In this document: positions 12,561-26,126 of the stretch, piece after piece
Numbering within the stretch: the stretch's first letter is position 1
How the letters are laid out: each line of letters begins with the position of its first letter
Assembly: GCA_017654855.1 (NCBI GenBank)
Contig: CM030333.1
Location: 4,712,001 to 4,776,000 of the forward strand
Direction: 5' to 3'
Source: Podospora anserina
Lineage: Eukaryota
DNA length: 64,000 nt
Notes under the pieces: model-generated
Database searches by the model: none
The model's input: the letters and a program-made list of their open reading frames with translations, nothing else
Told to the model about the DNA's origin: nothing
Program-made: the position numbers and the translations under genes

Positions 12561-13515
12561 GATTGGGGAAGGCCGTTGGTCTTGATCACAGTGGTCTTGA
12601 TCACTATCACAGGTCGCACGGGAGTGACATTTGTTCGGAGAGGTCGCAGCTTGGTTCAGAGCATTGCTGGCTTTATCAGGAGGCACTGGTGATAACAAGG
12701 ACATGCTTTTTTCAGAGCGCTAGATGAGCAAGCGATTAATTCACATTGCTGTTTCTCGGCCTAGCATTGGTGTATTGACTGTTTGTAGGATTCATCATTC
12801 ATTGCCGTGTTCATCACCCGTTCTCCAAAAGCATGCTTGTTATTTTTAGGGTCCAGGGGTCCATTTTCTCCACGGTTTGATTCTCGAGATCGGACTTGGG
12901 TGACGTCAGGATCCATTCTCTCGGCACCTCAATGACGGAACAAAGGCGTGAAGTAACGAGTCGGGTGGTCTCGCGGGACGAAGGACGGCCCCGGATTCAT
13001 CGTGAGCTTTGATATCGAGGAGGGGAGATTGCGATAGGGATTAGGTAAAATGTCGTCGGCTTGGGGTTCGGGGAAAGATGGAGTTGGGACAAGGTTGGGT
13101 TATCTTGGCGATCGGGGAAAGGAAGTGGATTCAGCTGGAGGGCGTCATGATATAAGTAGATGCGGCGATTCTAAGGTGGTGGGATGTCCGCTCATATCGA
13201 TTTGAATCGAGGGTTTGTCTGTTATTTACGCTCTTGGTTTGCAAAGAAGCTATTCAGTGTTTGTATCCTCGGCCCCGAAGCGGTAAAAGGAGGCGAATAT
13301 AAACTTTGAAGGCCGGCATACCTACTACCCAGAGAAGAGTCAAACAGGGAAGATCCAGATATTTGGGGTAACGGTCAGTGAGATTTGAGATGAGGATCTG
13401 GGCTCATGAACTGTATGCTTACCCTGTCTTTGTAGACTTGCTTCAAGGTGAAGCACCTTCTCAGTCACCGCAGTCCGAAGTCGTCAAACAAACATCAACA
13501 CAAATCACCCTCACA

Positions 13516-14502
13516 ATGTCAGACGGAACAAAAGTCGTCGACTCAGACAGAGGTATTTTCCTTCCCAGGTATCCCTGAGTATCACTCACTCAGTCGCTAA
13601 CGATGCCCTCAGTCTACACAACCCTCATAACCTCCCTCTCCTACCTCCCCGGCCTCCTCACCCTCCACCACTCCCTCGTCCACCGCTCCAAATCAAAATA
13701 CCCCCTCATAGCCCTCTACACCTCTTCCTTCCCCCAGTCGGGCCTCGCCATCCTCCGCCGCCGCAACATCCCCTGTCAGCTCATAACCCCCTTATTCCCC
13801 TCTTCTTCTTCTTCCTCAAACACCCCCTCCTACTCCCACGACCCCCGATTTAAGGAATGCTTCACCAAGCTCATCCCCTTCTCCCTCGTGCAGTACAAAA
13901 AGATCATCCAGCTCGACTCGGACATGCTGGTCCTGCGAAACATCGACTCGCTATTCGACATTGAACTCGACAGCGACAAGAGGGTGTTTGCCGCGAGCCA
14001 CGCGTGCTTGTGCAACCCTTGTCAGTTTGAGCACTACCCGGATTATTTCCGCCCCGAAAACTGCTATTACACCGACCCGACCAGCATGGGGAAGGACTAC
14101 CTTAATGGAGGGCTGCAGGTTGTGAGGCCTGATTTGGGGGTGTATGAGGAGATTGTGGGGTATATGAACACGCCGGGGATTGATCTCAGTTTTGCTGACC
14201 AGAGCGTTCTTGCTGGATGTTTTAGAGACAGATGGGTGGGTTTGGGGTGGGAGTTTAACGCGCTCAAGACGATGAGGTGGAGGGGGGTGCACGATGATGT
14301 TTGGGGGGATGGGGAGGTGAGGAATGTGCATTACATCTTGACGCCGAAGCCGTGGGAGGAGGAGAGGGATGAGAAGGGTAGGGTGGTCATGGGGGAGGGG
14401 AAAAGGGGGGCGGGGGACAAGGTTACGAGTCAATGGTGGGTTGATGTTGATGATGAGAGGAGGGAGCGGGAGGAGGAGAGAGGGATAAGGGATGGGTGGT
14501 GA
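13516..14502 (+). CDS. Glycosyltransferase family 8 (glycogenin/galactinol-synthase-like), 2 exons
   Basis: Exon 1 MSDGTKVVDSDR, intron GTATTT..CTAAC..CAG, then YTTLIT...YLPGLLTLHHSL, FTKL, QLDSDML (DxD), LNGGL, FADQ, NALKTMR, VHYILTPKPW. Confidence 0.88.
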
Positions 14503-15345
14503 GGGGATAGATATCTGCTTTTGGGAGGCTTGTATTGTTTTGTGTTTGGGGGGTTGATAGGTGCTGGTAACGGGCTCGGTTGCCGTTTCGTAAGGCGCAT
14601 GGAGCCTCATCAATGCTTTCTTCAACACTTAATAACTATCAAGCATGGCAACTAGGAGTCAAACTGATGGTGATAGTTCTCTTACTGCAGCCTTCATCAT
14701 TTACCACCAGGGAATCTGCTGTCCAGACTGTCGTATCACGACGTAGCGGTAAAGATACCAATAGACCCCTGACTAACACGACAGCTCAGGTCCCACAGTG
14801 GCTTGACTAGAGGCTTTTGCCCCTGCAACATTACAATGAAGATCGAAATAGTCTCGTGCCACCGCTTCTCGGCCTCGAGCTAGACATGTCATATAAGCCA
14901 CACGATCCTCTTTGTTGTTCTTCTAGTTTGTAGCAACTTTGAAAAATAACTCGGCACATAATTTTTTCTATACTTTTGAAACCCCGCTATGACACAGACT
15001 GAGCTTCATATTCTTGATATATGGATATCTGTGAGGGAACACTCCATTTGAAGAGCATCGTGTCAAAGTGGGTTTTTCCATCCGAGTGTCAACTCCCAGA
15101 GCTGCAGCGTGGAAAGAGCAACTCAAAGCTTTCTACCCACCTGCCTTGAAATATTCAGAAGCTCGTCAAGTCTCACAAGGAAGGCGCCACGAAACCCACT
15201 TGTCTCGTGAGGCAAGAATCACGTCCAAACTGGAAAGAGCCACTCCAGGAGGAAAGAGCCACTCCAGGACAGGAGGAAGGAGCGACCCCAAACACATCAC
15301 CATCTTTATCACCCCAAGCCCCTATCCCGTTCAGCAGTCCCAAAC

Positions 15346-15757
15346 ATGCAGTCCATCTCTACGCTCCTCCTCATCTTGCTACCAGCAACCGCACTTGCCT
15401 CCTCAATGGGTTATCCACCCGAAATTGGCATCAACAATTGTCAATACGACTGCTTCTGTCACGCTGATCAGTCGCCGTTATGTTGTGCTGGTGTTGTCGG
15501 GGGTGTGACTGATGTGAGTGGTGTAAGCTCTTTCCTTTCCCCCGTTTATTCTCAGGCGTACCCAAAACAACTACTGACGAACAGGATGGTGGGTACAAAA
15601 GCACTGCACTGAAATGTCACTCGGCGATGCTCAGAGCTTTGTTCAGTGCTGTGACACCACTTATTCGTGTCGGCAGAGGATGGGATGTCCTGAGTTTGGC
15701 GAGGTTGATGGTGGCTGGGGGAAAGGGGGGATGAATGGCGAGGTTGACTTGAGGTGA
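15346..15757 (+). CDS. Small secreted cysteine-rich protein (~110 aa, 10 Cys); intron boundaries uncertain
   Basis: Signal peptide MQSISTLLLILLPATALA, then CQYDCFC..CC. Probable intron 15523-15601 (GTAAGC..CTGAC..AAG) joins to HCTEMSLGDAQSFVQCCDTTYSCRQRMGC, with stop at 15755-15757. Confidence 0.6.
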
Positions 15758-15780
15758 GGAGGGAGATGGAGAGGGGGTGG

Positions 15781-15874
15781 TAAAGGTGTAAAGTGGTAAT
15801 GTGTTAATATGGCAATGTGTTAAAGGGGTACAGTGGTAATGTGTTGAAGAGGTAAAGTGGGAATGTGTTAAAGG
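15781..15874. repeat. Imperfect ~24-bp tandem repeat (AAAGTGGTAATGTGTT core)
   Basis: 3-4 degenerate copies of AAAG(G)GGTA(A/C)AGTGG(T/G)AATGTGTT. Confidence 0.7.
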
Positions 15875-15927
15875 ACACGAGCCTCAACATCAAGCAAACG
15901 TATCCACATATACCTACCTTCCCATTT

Positions 15928-15986
15928 GTGATTACCATGCTTAAAGTGATTACCAAGCTTAAAGTGATTACCATGCTTAAAGTGAT
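15928..15986. repeat. 18-bp tandem repeat, ~3.3 copies
   Basis: GTGATTACCATGCTTAAA / GTGATTACCAAGCTTAAA / GTGATTACCATGCTTAAA / GTGAT. Confidence 0.9.
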
Positions 15987-18900
15987 ATATGCGTTTTTTC
16001 CAACCATGGTCACATTGTCAAAAGAAAGAGATAGCTTGGAACACCGCACATTACGTACCTTGGTGGACGGAGGAGAGGCAAACTACAAAGCTATTCGGAC
16101 ACAGAGGGCAGACCTTCTAAAGATCATCTACCTAAGTAAGGATTCATCCCTCTGCCCCCTTTCAACATCTCCCCTTTGCCCCCCATGACGTCTATGCTGG
16201 CATGGAAGATAGGCTACCCGAGACTCACATGACATCCCATACGGGTCTCAACAAGTCTCACAATTGCGAGAGTATGGTGTCATTTCCCCTGATACCCCTC
16301 TCTTCCTCGAGGCAGTCTCGGGTTCATTGTTCAGGTTGCCACATTCCATCTACCGGAGCATGTCCGCAAACTCATTCTTGTGATGGGCCCAGCCTCACTC
16401 GAAGAGGGGGTTTCATGATGAGACTTTTACATGTTGATTTTGCCCTCAGACTATTGTTCCTGTTGGCAACTTATGCTGTGGGTGAGGTATGTAGACGTGT
16501 AGTAGCGTCAAACAGATTGGAAAAGGGGGTAAAGTCAACAAAGCGGTTGTCTACGCTGTAAACTCTTCTTCTATATTTCTGTTCCTGTAGCAGATTGAAA
16601 CAACCTTGCCCATTTTTTTGAGGCTGTGCCTTTGGTTCAACGTAAAAGTTTTCTTTTGGTTGGTGCGAGCAATGCACTTCTCTTACTCCCTTGCTTCAAC
16701 TGTAGCTCCCAGCTCGGCGTAACGCCCAGCAGGGTCCAAACATGTGCATGAAGACCTTTTTCTCTGGGTTTGCCTGCTCCCTTACTTTGAGGTCCATGTT
16801 AGTGTACCTACCTAGTGGATGTGCTTCACTGCTCATGTCACAATCATAACAATTTCGGCATATAATCGGCCTTTATGCATGTGATGTGACAACTTGAGTG
16901 CATGCGGGTGTAGTGCCTCTGTGGGCAATAGCTATGCCGTGAGACAATACCTGCATATGTCACCTTTCCATCATGTATGAGAAGGGGGGTGGTGTGTATT
17001 CACTTAGTGATCGCATTGAGTTGTGCCTCTGATGTGCCGTTAGGCATAAGAGCATGAGTTCATTCAATCTTACGTGATCATCAACACGGGTTTGTTGTTG
17101 TTGTGGTGGTGTCGTTGAAGGAGGCTGAGCGATGTTGCAGCGAGTTGAAGAAAGATTGATAAAGGATACCTGGCAGGAGAACCCAATGATCGTCCCTACC
17201 ACAGCACTAGCGTGAGATGCCAGGACCGGGTTGGATCCAATGGACAATGGGGAGATGCAACCGTGACCCTGAATGCACTTACAACGGAACGGAGTTTGGG
17301 GGGGGGGATCGGACCATTCAAACCACTCGGACGAATTGACAGATTTCGGTCGGGTCGACCGGAATTGAGAGACAATTGTCAGAGCTCCTTTCCGGCCGGG
17401 GAATACAAAGAGCTTTTTACCAAAGCAGAGCTGCAGCGAGCTTGCCGCGGGATAGGCAAGACAGACAGACAGACAGCGACATGGCTGCTTTTTCCACATG
17501 TGGATTTGTGGGGGAAGGAGAGCCAATGATCGACGGGATATTAAACCATTCTTTCTTTTTGTTTTCGTTATTCATCACGAAGAGTTTTTATTTTCTTTTT
17601 TTATTTCTTTACATTACTCTGTACAAGATCCCTATCGTATTGGTAAGGAGCCAAGAATAAAAAGAAAACAAAGCCCGACCGTGAAGAAAAAGCGTTGCGG
17701 TTTTGGTGGGCAGGGGTTCAAGGGTTCGTTATTGAGCCTTTTGACAAGAACTAGTCGGATTTTTTCAGTTGATCAAAAGAAGGAGAAAATGGCTCGTGCT
17801 GGCGCCGATGGAGTGCTGCGGTGAGAACTTGAAAAAGGCTTGACCGGTGGACTGGCAAGGGGCAGAAGCGACGGTGACGCGTGTTGAGGAGGGGAACCCT
17901 GAAGATCTCCCAATAAAAGTTGGCTTGTGCGCTTCAGACCAACCCCGAGGAAAAGAAAGACACACGGGAACGGGGCATAAACTGGTAATTTTTTTTTCTT
18001 TTTCGGATTACACGGTCATGTGCCGGTAATTCTGCTTCTTTGTCCTCAACAAGAGATGAGATGGGAGTGCGGACACGGAGATTGGCGGCGGTTTGTTTTG
18101 TTTTGGGTTTATTTGAGCCACAAGAGAGAGGTAAACAAAACAAAGAACATTCTGTGCAATCAACAATATACCCAACCCTGGGCCATGGCATAGTGTCATG
18201 TTCCTGAATTATGTCAATCATGACAGTTTCGGCTTTTGGCAAAGGTGGCGAGAGTGGTGGCAGTGGCGGAGGCCGATCTGTCAGTTGGTGTATTGCAAAA
18301 GTCAATATTGACATCAGGGGTGTGTGTTGAGGCATGTAATGGCCCTCCCAAGGTGGCCAGAAGAGTGAGAACCCTATCTTTTTTTGGGCTCTTTGGAGGC
18401 ACAACAGAGGCTTTTGTCCTACCCAGTGGCTATCTTTGGCATGTGATGGCGGCAGACACAGAAGCTGCATTCTCTTTCAGCCAACTCTTTTCTTGCTGAG
18501 AGGGTGAAAGGCAAACTCCCCTTGCTCTCCCCTTGCAGGTTGCATGGTGGTATCAAAACGGTCGGCTGTCCAAAGCGGTGTGAGTCTATCTGGCATAGCT
18601 ATCTCCACACCATCTGTCATGGCCCCTGTCTGCTCAAGGGTAGATTTACAGACCATCGGACTCCTTCCGTTTCCAGGCACCTCTTTAAACAGGCCGTGTG
18701 TTTTTCTGTCCCTGCTTGCAGGTTATAAGCTATGTATGACCTTAGTCAGGCGCGACTCGGGGGTAGCGCTGGCGTGAGGCGGTTCGGGGTGGTGCAAGTT
18801 TGAAGTGACGTCTTTTGACGAACGGGAAGAACCACGCCACCGTCTGGGCCGCCCGAGTGGGCCACAAAGGACGCTAAGGCCAGGCACGACCAGGGCCCCT

Positions 18901-19996
18901 GCCCAACGCGGCTGGCTTTCCAGACGCGAGAAAACACGTTCCCAGAGTCACTCCAAGTAAACAAAGTCCTATCTTTTATCGCCCCGTGATCAGCCTGCAG
19001 AGAAGCAGAAGGGGCAGAGAGGAAGAAGATCTCCTGTCTATAGTTGACGCAAAAGATTGGCCTCCGTGCCTCCCCAGATTCAAGCATATTGCGTCAAACC
19101 CCACCAAGCCAACACCCAACGCGTCCCGTCGCAAACCACCACCACCCACCACCACCCACCACCACCCACCATCGCATCCTGGCTTGCCGCAACTTCTTCC
19201 CCGCCCACCGCGCTCCCGCTTACTTTGCGCAAAGCTGATCAACCTTTCCCGTCCATGTGCCTGGAGTGATTTTGAAGCTTGAACCCAGAAAGAAAGAGCC
19301 ATTCCCAAGAATCAAGAGGAAGAAGAGAAAGAAGAAGGAGGAATTGGAGCCAAAGATGCCTAAGGCTGGCGCCTGACCTATCTGACGTGTCTGGTGTCCA
19401 CGCGCGCTTCGTTTTCCCATTTACTCACAGGTCCCACCACTCGCCTTTTGCTCCTAGAGAGCGAATACCCTCAACACAACACACACGCACATAACACGCA
19501 CACACGCACAATAGTAGCCAATCCGAATTTATTATTCTATCGTCGACCGGTTCCGCTTTCAACTCTCGATCCCCTCACCTCTGTCCGTCTCGCCGACGTC
19601 GTCGCCGATTGCCCACACCTCACACCTGGCACCTCTCATCGTACATTTCGCCTAGTTAAATTTGAGTTTGCGCTTGCTGCGCCATCGCCCGGAAAGCTGC
19701 GCTGTTCTGAATCAGCAACCCTCTGCTCATCGGTGGTTCGCATCTCAGCTGTATCCCGACCATCTCGACGTCTTTGATTTTTGCCAAAGCCTCCCGTCTT
19801 CACCACCCACTCCGTCCCTGTCCCGTCGCCGCAGCGTCTGGTCTCTTGCCCAACTTCTACAGTACGTTGGAGGAAAATAAAATAGTATCAAATTTGTTTG
19901 TGGGGGTTTTTAAAAACAAAGCTGTGTTGGAATTGCGGACCTAGCTCTTGGGGGTAGCTACAAAAAAGGCAGCGAGGCACACACCAAGGGCCGGTG

Positions 19997-22900
19997 ATGT
20001 CGTTCACCAACGATTGCGGGGGGGCACTCACTCTGCCCTCTCCCACACATGTCCACCACGACGTCAGCTCCGCAGTTCGATCACTCCGCAGGTCGCTTTC
20101 CAGATCACCATCAAAATTCCGACTCTCTGGCGCTGTCTCTCCTTCTCCCACTCCCACACCAGCAGCTCCATCCAGGTCGGCGCATCTCGAGCATCCAGCT
20201 TCCACCCCAATCCCTGCGACACCAGCCGCTCTGGCGGGGCCTTCCTCACCCACTTCTTTTTCCGCACCCCAGCACGGTATTGCGGGTAACCCTTTTGTCA
20301 ACAAACCAAACATCAAGCTCTCGGTGCGCTCCACGAGGTCGAAGCCGGTGACTCGGCCCCTCTCCAGATCTCGAGGCTCACCAAAGAGCCCTCTCAAGCG
20401 CGTTTTTGCCCCCTCTGGCGACTCCCTCAACCTGCTTCCCACCTCTTTCTCGGCGCCAGACACCCGCGGCCAAGAAAACAAGAGCTTCAGGGAGTTTGCG
20501 CTTGCGCTGAGCCCCACGTCGCGTCGCAATCTCGAGAAACCCACGCGTCACTCGGTGCACCTCGACATCTCGGGATCCGACAAAGTCTCTTTTCCTGCCA
20601 TCTCAGTAAGCCCGCTCAAACGGAGCGACGCGACCATGAGTCTGGGCCAGACGGCATTTGGGAGTCCAGTCGCAAAGCGCCGCAGTCTACACGGCATCTC
20701 GAGCATGAACAACGAGCCCACCATCTTCGACCAAACCCCGACCGCGCGCGAGTCGCAACAACAGCCGGGCTTCGACATTCACGAGGACGCCAATCTCGAG
20801 TACGAATTGACCGGCTCGAACGTGTCGCCTGCCCCAGATCCATTGGCCTCGCCCACCCCGTCATCGCTGCAGAATCGGTCGAATTCGCTCCGAAGAAGTA
20901 CCCTGCAACAGCGCCACGGAGATACTCGATCATCCTGGGGCCGGCGCGCCGGAGAAAAGGCACAGATGACGCTCGACGCCGGGTCGTCGATGGCGGCTCG
21001 TAGCAGACCTAGGCTATCTCTGGACCAGTATGTGCCTATTGTGACCGAGAGCCCCTTCACTCACCAAGGTCCTCTCCCACCTGCCTCGGCGCATTTCTTG
21101 GCGCACAAGGCTCGGGAGCAGTTCCAACCTCATCCTCTCTCGCGCTCGTTGACCCAGTCTTCTTCGAACTCGAGTCTGCCAGACGAATCTCCGACCCATG
21201 CTCCTGTCCAGTTTGGCGAGAAGGCTCGCGTTCCTCTCAACTTCTCAAAATCGCTTCCACCTGGTGCGCGACCACCCACAAAGGATTCAGGAGATGTTGC
21301 GACCCCCAACTACAAGCATGCCAAGCCGTTCCAAGCCGCCTTCATGTCGACAGGTTTGGTGTCCAAGATGAATCGCAACCCCGAACTTGGCCCACCAAAG
21401 CACCTCGGAGCGAAGGTCAACATAATGCCAGATACTCCCTGCAAGAAGCAGTACAGCTCCGCTACGTATCCACCCAACCTCAGCGCTGGTCGACGGCAAT
21501 CGCGAAAGTCGGTTGGCAGCCCTACGACGCCGTTTGGCGCTTCCACCAACGCTCCCCCTACCAGTGGCAATTTGTTCTTCCAGCAGGTCCGTGCGGGGCA
21601 TATGAGGAAGTCGAGCTTGTTGAGCCTGGATGGGGATGACCTCGCTGGATCCCAAGACGATTTCCCCCCGCCCACCCCGACGAAGAATATCTTCAAGAAT
21701 GTCACATCCTCCGGGGCGAGCGTCCGGACGCCTTTGGGGACCCCCGGCTTTGCGAGCTTCGCGACGCCTGCAGTTCCCTTCAGTTTGAGCTCAGCAAGAA
21801 CACCAGCGCAGTCCACCACCCCATCCTTCACCCCACCCGGAGCGCCTGAGAGCACCACTCCCTCCTTCACTCCCCCTGGTGCGCCATCGTTCATCCCTTC
21901 GGGTGCTTCTGAGAGCACCACTCCCCTGTGTGCTCGTCAGGATCAGGACAATGGTCACCAGGTCACTGAGCCCATCTTTCGACCTTCCACCCCTTACTCG
22001 AGTGCCTCGCCGTTTGTATCCGTCAGCAACAGTGCTCCGGTTATCAACGAAAGCCATACCCCTGCCAGTTTATTCGCGACGCCCGCTCCGAGAAACAAGA
22101 CGACGCCCGTATTCTTCGCAACAGGCAGCAAGTCATCGTCCAACGAGTATCTCGTCCCCAACCAGGATGCCTCAGGGAGCCCTCTCGGGTCGAAAAAAGC
22201 TTCACCTCGCACCCCCGGCGACTCGTTGAAAAATTCCATGCCGCCTCCCGGAGGGAAATCAACCGGGCCTCCTGCCACCCCCTCTACTCACGAGCGGTCT
22301 TCACTCTTCGGCGGGGCTCCTGACCGTCGCATGAGCATCACCCCTCGCAACGGGCGTGGTCCGGGTGACGTTGACGAGTCTCTGGTCAGCCGGTTTGTCA
22401 AATCCGAGGTCATCGGTAGTGGCGAGTTCTCGACGGTGTATCGGGTTACCAAGCTTGCCTCTCCCGCGTCGTCGTTCATGACAATGGGCATCTCTACAAC
22501 CCCACAGACACCTTCGAGCCCCGAGTCTGGCAAAGTCTTTGCCGTCAAGAAGCTCCGTGTTCCCATCAGTGGTGGCAGGGAGAGGGAGAGGAAGTATCAA
22601 GAGGTGCATATCTTGAGATCTCTGAACCACTCGACCAAGGTTGTTCAGTACATTGACAGTTGGGAGTGGAACAACTATTTGTATATTCAAACCGAGTACT
22701 GTACCGAGGGCAGTTTGGATATCTTCCTCAAGGACATTGGTCAGACTGGCCGATTGGATGATTTCCGCATCTGGAAGATCTTGCTGGAGATAGCTCAGGT
22801 AAGAGAACTGCATCCTTTTTATGCTAGTCGTCTGTAGGTCACTAACTTTGGTGTAGGGTTTGGCCGCTATTCATGAGGCCGGGTTCATTCACCTCGACAT

Positions 22901-23585
22901 CAAGCCTGCCAACATCCTGGTCACGTTTGACGGCTATCTCAAGATTGCCGACTTTGGCATGGCCACAACGAGCCCTGCCCCGCCGGGAATCGAAGGCGAG
23001 GGCGATCGCGAGTACATCGGCCCAGAAATTCTTCGTGGTCGATATGAGCAGCCTGCCGACATCTTTGCGCTCGGTCTCATCATTCTGGAGATCGCATGCA
23101 ATGTATTCCTTCCCGACAACGGCCCAACATGGCAGGCTCTTCGCATTGCCGACCTGTCTGCTGTTCCCAGTCTTACATCCCCTGAAGCTGGCTCTGTCAT
23201 TCGGGACGCAAACGGCGTGCCGATTGAGCATCTGTCACCTGTTCAGGAGGATCAACGAGACCCCAACTTCGCCTTTGAAGGCATGACCCACGACCCCAAG
23301 AACCTTTTCAGTCCAACAAAGCGGACTGAGTTGTCGGAGCCTCCCTCGTTCATGATGGACAGCGAAGACCCTCATTCTCTTGACAAGATTGTCGCTTGGA
23401 TGATCCAGCCAGAACCCAACAGTCGCCCTACTGCCCAGCAGATCCTTGCTTCGGAGCCCGTCTCCTGGGTAGAGAGCCGCCGCAGCGGGGGCGCCACTGT
23501 TTATGAAGGCAACTGGGGCCCCCAAGTCGGACCCTCCATCGAGGAGCTGATCGATGACGACGACACAGAGATGACCGACGTGTGA
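19997..23585 (+). CDS. SWE1: Wee1/Swe1/Mik1 CDK-inhibitory kinase, 2 exons
   Basis: Long S/T/P-rich N-terminus with AAFMSTGLVSKMNR and MPDTPCKK boxes. Kinase motifs IGSGEFSTVY, AVKK, HLDIKPANI, KIADFG, EGDREYIGPE. Intron 22799-22856. Confidence 0.93.
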
Positions 23586-25686
23586 AAGTACTTGAAATTC
23601 TCACCGATCTTGGAGCCATCAATTTAAGCTCTCTGTCTCTATATCGCTCACCAGCTGGATACGGCGCCACCTTGACGTGGCATGGCCAGGAGCATATGTG
23701 TGTGTAAACAATAACAGAATTGGTCAGCTAGGCAGAGCTGGATATCCGATCGATGATGGATGGGATATCGGAACCATTTGGACTCCGCTACTACGGAGCA
23801 TGTACGCGTATTGTTGGGGATATCAGTTGCTTCGCTCAAGCGTTCGGCAATCGGGCGACATTCTTATCGCCACTTTTTTTATTTAACAACTACGCCTTGC
23901 GCGGCCACTCGTTTAACGACAAACGTCAATTTTCCTTGTACACTCAAACAACAAGAAATCACAAAATCATCCAAAACAAAAAAAGATCGACAAGACTCAT
24001 TCATCGGAGTTTTCTGGCTTTACCGGGAAAAAAGCATCACGGTAGCTGCGGATAGTTCAGCACCGATTAGGGGAGCGGCGTAGCACCATCATTTGGGTTC
24101 CTTTCGCATGGAAGGGTGTCATCTATACCTACTTGACTTTGGGGGCGTACCGGAGCGAGGAATAGGCGTTTGATTTGCTCACATGTGCATTATCTGGCGG
24201 AACCTCATTGCTGGGAACACATTACATTTCTGGAGTTCTTGGTTTTGAAAGACAAGTTTCTTACGGGAAGACGGTCGAAGTCGTGGATGCGCTAGGAGTC
24301 ACTTCTTTTTTTTTTGGCTGCAAAAGCATCGGCTCTGAGGGACCTGGCTTCATGACCGCTTCTTTTTCTTTTCCGAGGGACATGACGATTTATGTACGAT
24401 GGGCGGACTCGGCACAACGGGTTCAACACACCACAACACATTACATGTTTAGAGATTATGTACTGCAAGGGTTCTTGGTGCATTGCTGGCCGGGTTGGTT
24501 TTTTCACCAAAATATGGTCTGGTTTTTTTTTCTCTTTCTCTTTCTTGGGTGGTCGGCGCGGTATTTTATACGCATTCATCGGGCTCTTCATGGAGAAGAG
24601 GGGCGCTAAGAGTGGGAAATCACGATGCTACGATATGGAAGAAGAAGAAGAAGAGAAGGGGAACGGAAACGATGAAACAGGCAACCAGCTCTGGGAATTT
24701 AAGAAGAGGAGGAGGAGGGGGAGGAGGGAGAAGAGGGGGGCGACACCATACCTTTGTAGTTCTCTTGTTTGGACGACCTACTTAATAACATGTGTTTTTT
24801 CCTTTGTTGATAACATGTTTTTACATAGTCTAGGAGAAAGGGAGGAAGAGGCGGGATGTAAAACTTGGTGGTCTTGTAGCATATAGGCATCTTGGCATCT
24901 CGAGATTAAGAGAGGGGAGGGTGTATACTAGACATCGGGTGAATGGGATATTTCTGTACAACCTTTTTGAGTCTTGTGTGTGTGTCGAAGTTGATGTTTT
25001 GTGATATTATCCACTATTCTCCTATGAATTCACCTAAGTATATCAGACCAATGGGTAGACTATGAAACTGATTGTGAGTGAGCAGGGGCGGCCGTCGGCG
25101 ACACAGTAGGTTTTGGATATATGAAGCCAGTGGCACAGAAGACCTACATTTCTCGCCCTGCCCCCAAATCAGAGCAGTGCAACCCACGAAGATATTCCAA
25201 GAAAGTACCAACATGTAGTCAATGTCTTCAGAACTATAGGGGTTCTACCTCACCGAAAATTACCAATCATAATGGTGTGGCTGACTGAACGCAGCCCGTT
25301 GATGTGAGGCAATATCAAAACACAAGAATAGTTGTTGCTTGCTGACTAGGTACGTAGATTGGCCCGCCTTTCCCCTGGCAACCATAGACGCAACCGTTCC
25401 AGGGCTGATTATGACGATGCCAAACATGGACGGCGGGGCGTAAGCCTATGTGGAAACAGGTGGTCGAAACAGAGAAGAATATGGCATGCAAACAGAAAGC
25501 ATGCCTCGAGTTTGTCATTGTCAACTAACTCTGTAGTCCAACACAATTGACAAAAGCAACGTACCTTTCAGACTCCCGAACAATTGACAACGGCATTTGT
25601 CAAAACCTGCCTTGTGAGGATAGTATAAGAGATGGCGCATCACAAAGGAGCCAGGAGAATACTGGGACAATTTCTATGCCACCTTT

Positions 25687-26126
25687 ATGGCGCTTTATTG
25701 GCAGGAAGTGAAGGGAATGCTGTCGTACATTATCAACGATACCAACGGGGGCGTGGAATGGGAAACCACTGGCATAACTCACGAAGAGTGTGCTGGGGAG
25801 CTGAATGAATGTTTTGAAGCAATCCGCCAGGAGCTGTCCAGGGGTGTCATCGACATAAAAGAAGCAGTGGATACCAATCAAAAAAATTGACGTGCCCAAG
25901 GAGGAAGATGTCAAAAAGTTGGAGAAGGAAGGATGATGCCGAAGATTCAGAGGAGGAGGATATCAAAGATTTGGAAGAAGGCGATGTCGATAACACAGAG
26001 GACGAGCTATGGAAACGCGTTATTCCAAAGTACCCAGACGCCTTTACTAAGGGCGCCTTAGGCTTGGCGGAGGCGGCAACTGTGCACGAAGAAAGTGCCC
26101 AAAATCTGACGAGGAACAACATTTGA
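25687..26126 (+). pseudogene. Probable degenerate gene: acidic protein-like segments in three successive frames
   Basis: MALYWQEVKG..ELNECFEAIRQELSRGVIDIKEAVDTNQK, then a frame change at an A-run to IDVPKEEDVKKLEKE, then another to DDAEDSEEEDIKDLEEGDVDNTEDELWKRVIPKYP. Confidence 0.35.

Noticed and set aside
15521-15584. Possible [D2,3] stwintron: GT|GTAAGC..CAG|GCGT would recreate a GTGCGT donor and restore the Cys-containing frame
   Set aside because: The internal and external introns would be only 33 and 31 nt, and the internal one lacks a clear branch point. That is below typical fungal intron size.
15781-15986. CRISPR-like repeat array
   Set aside because: Eukaryotic DNA with head-to-tail tandem repeats, no unique spacers and no cas genes.
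15900-19990. Many short ORFs in the ~4 kb upstream of SWE1
   Set aside because: No codon bias, domains or coherent splice structure. Consistent with a long regulatory/UTR region containing simple repeats.
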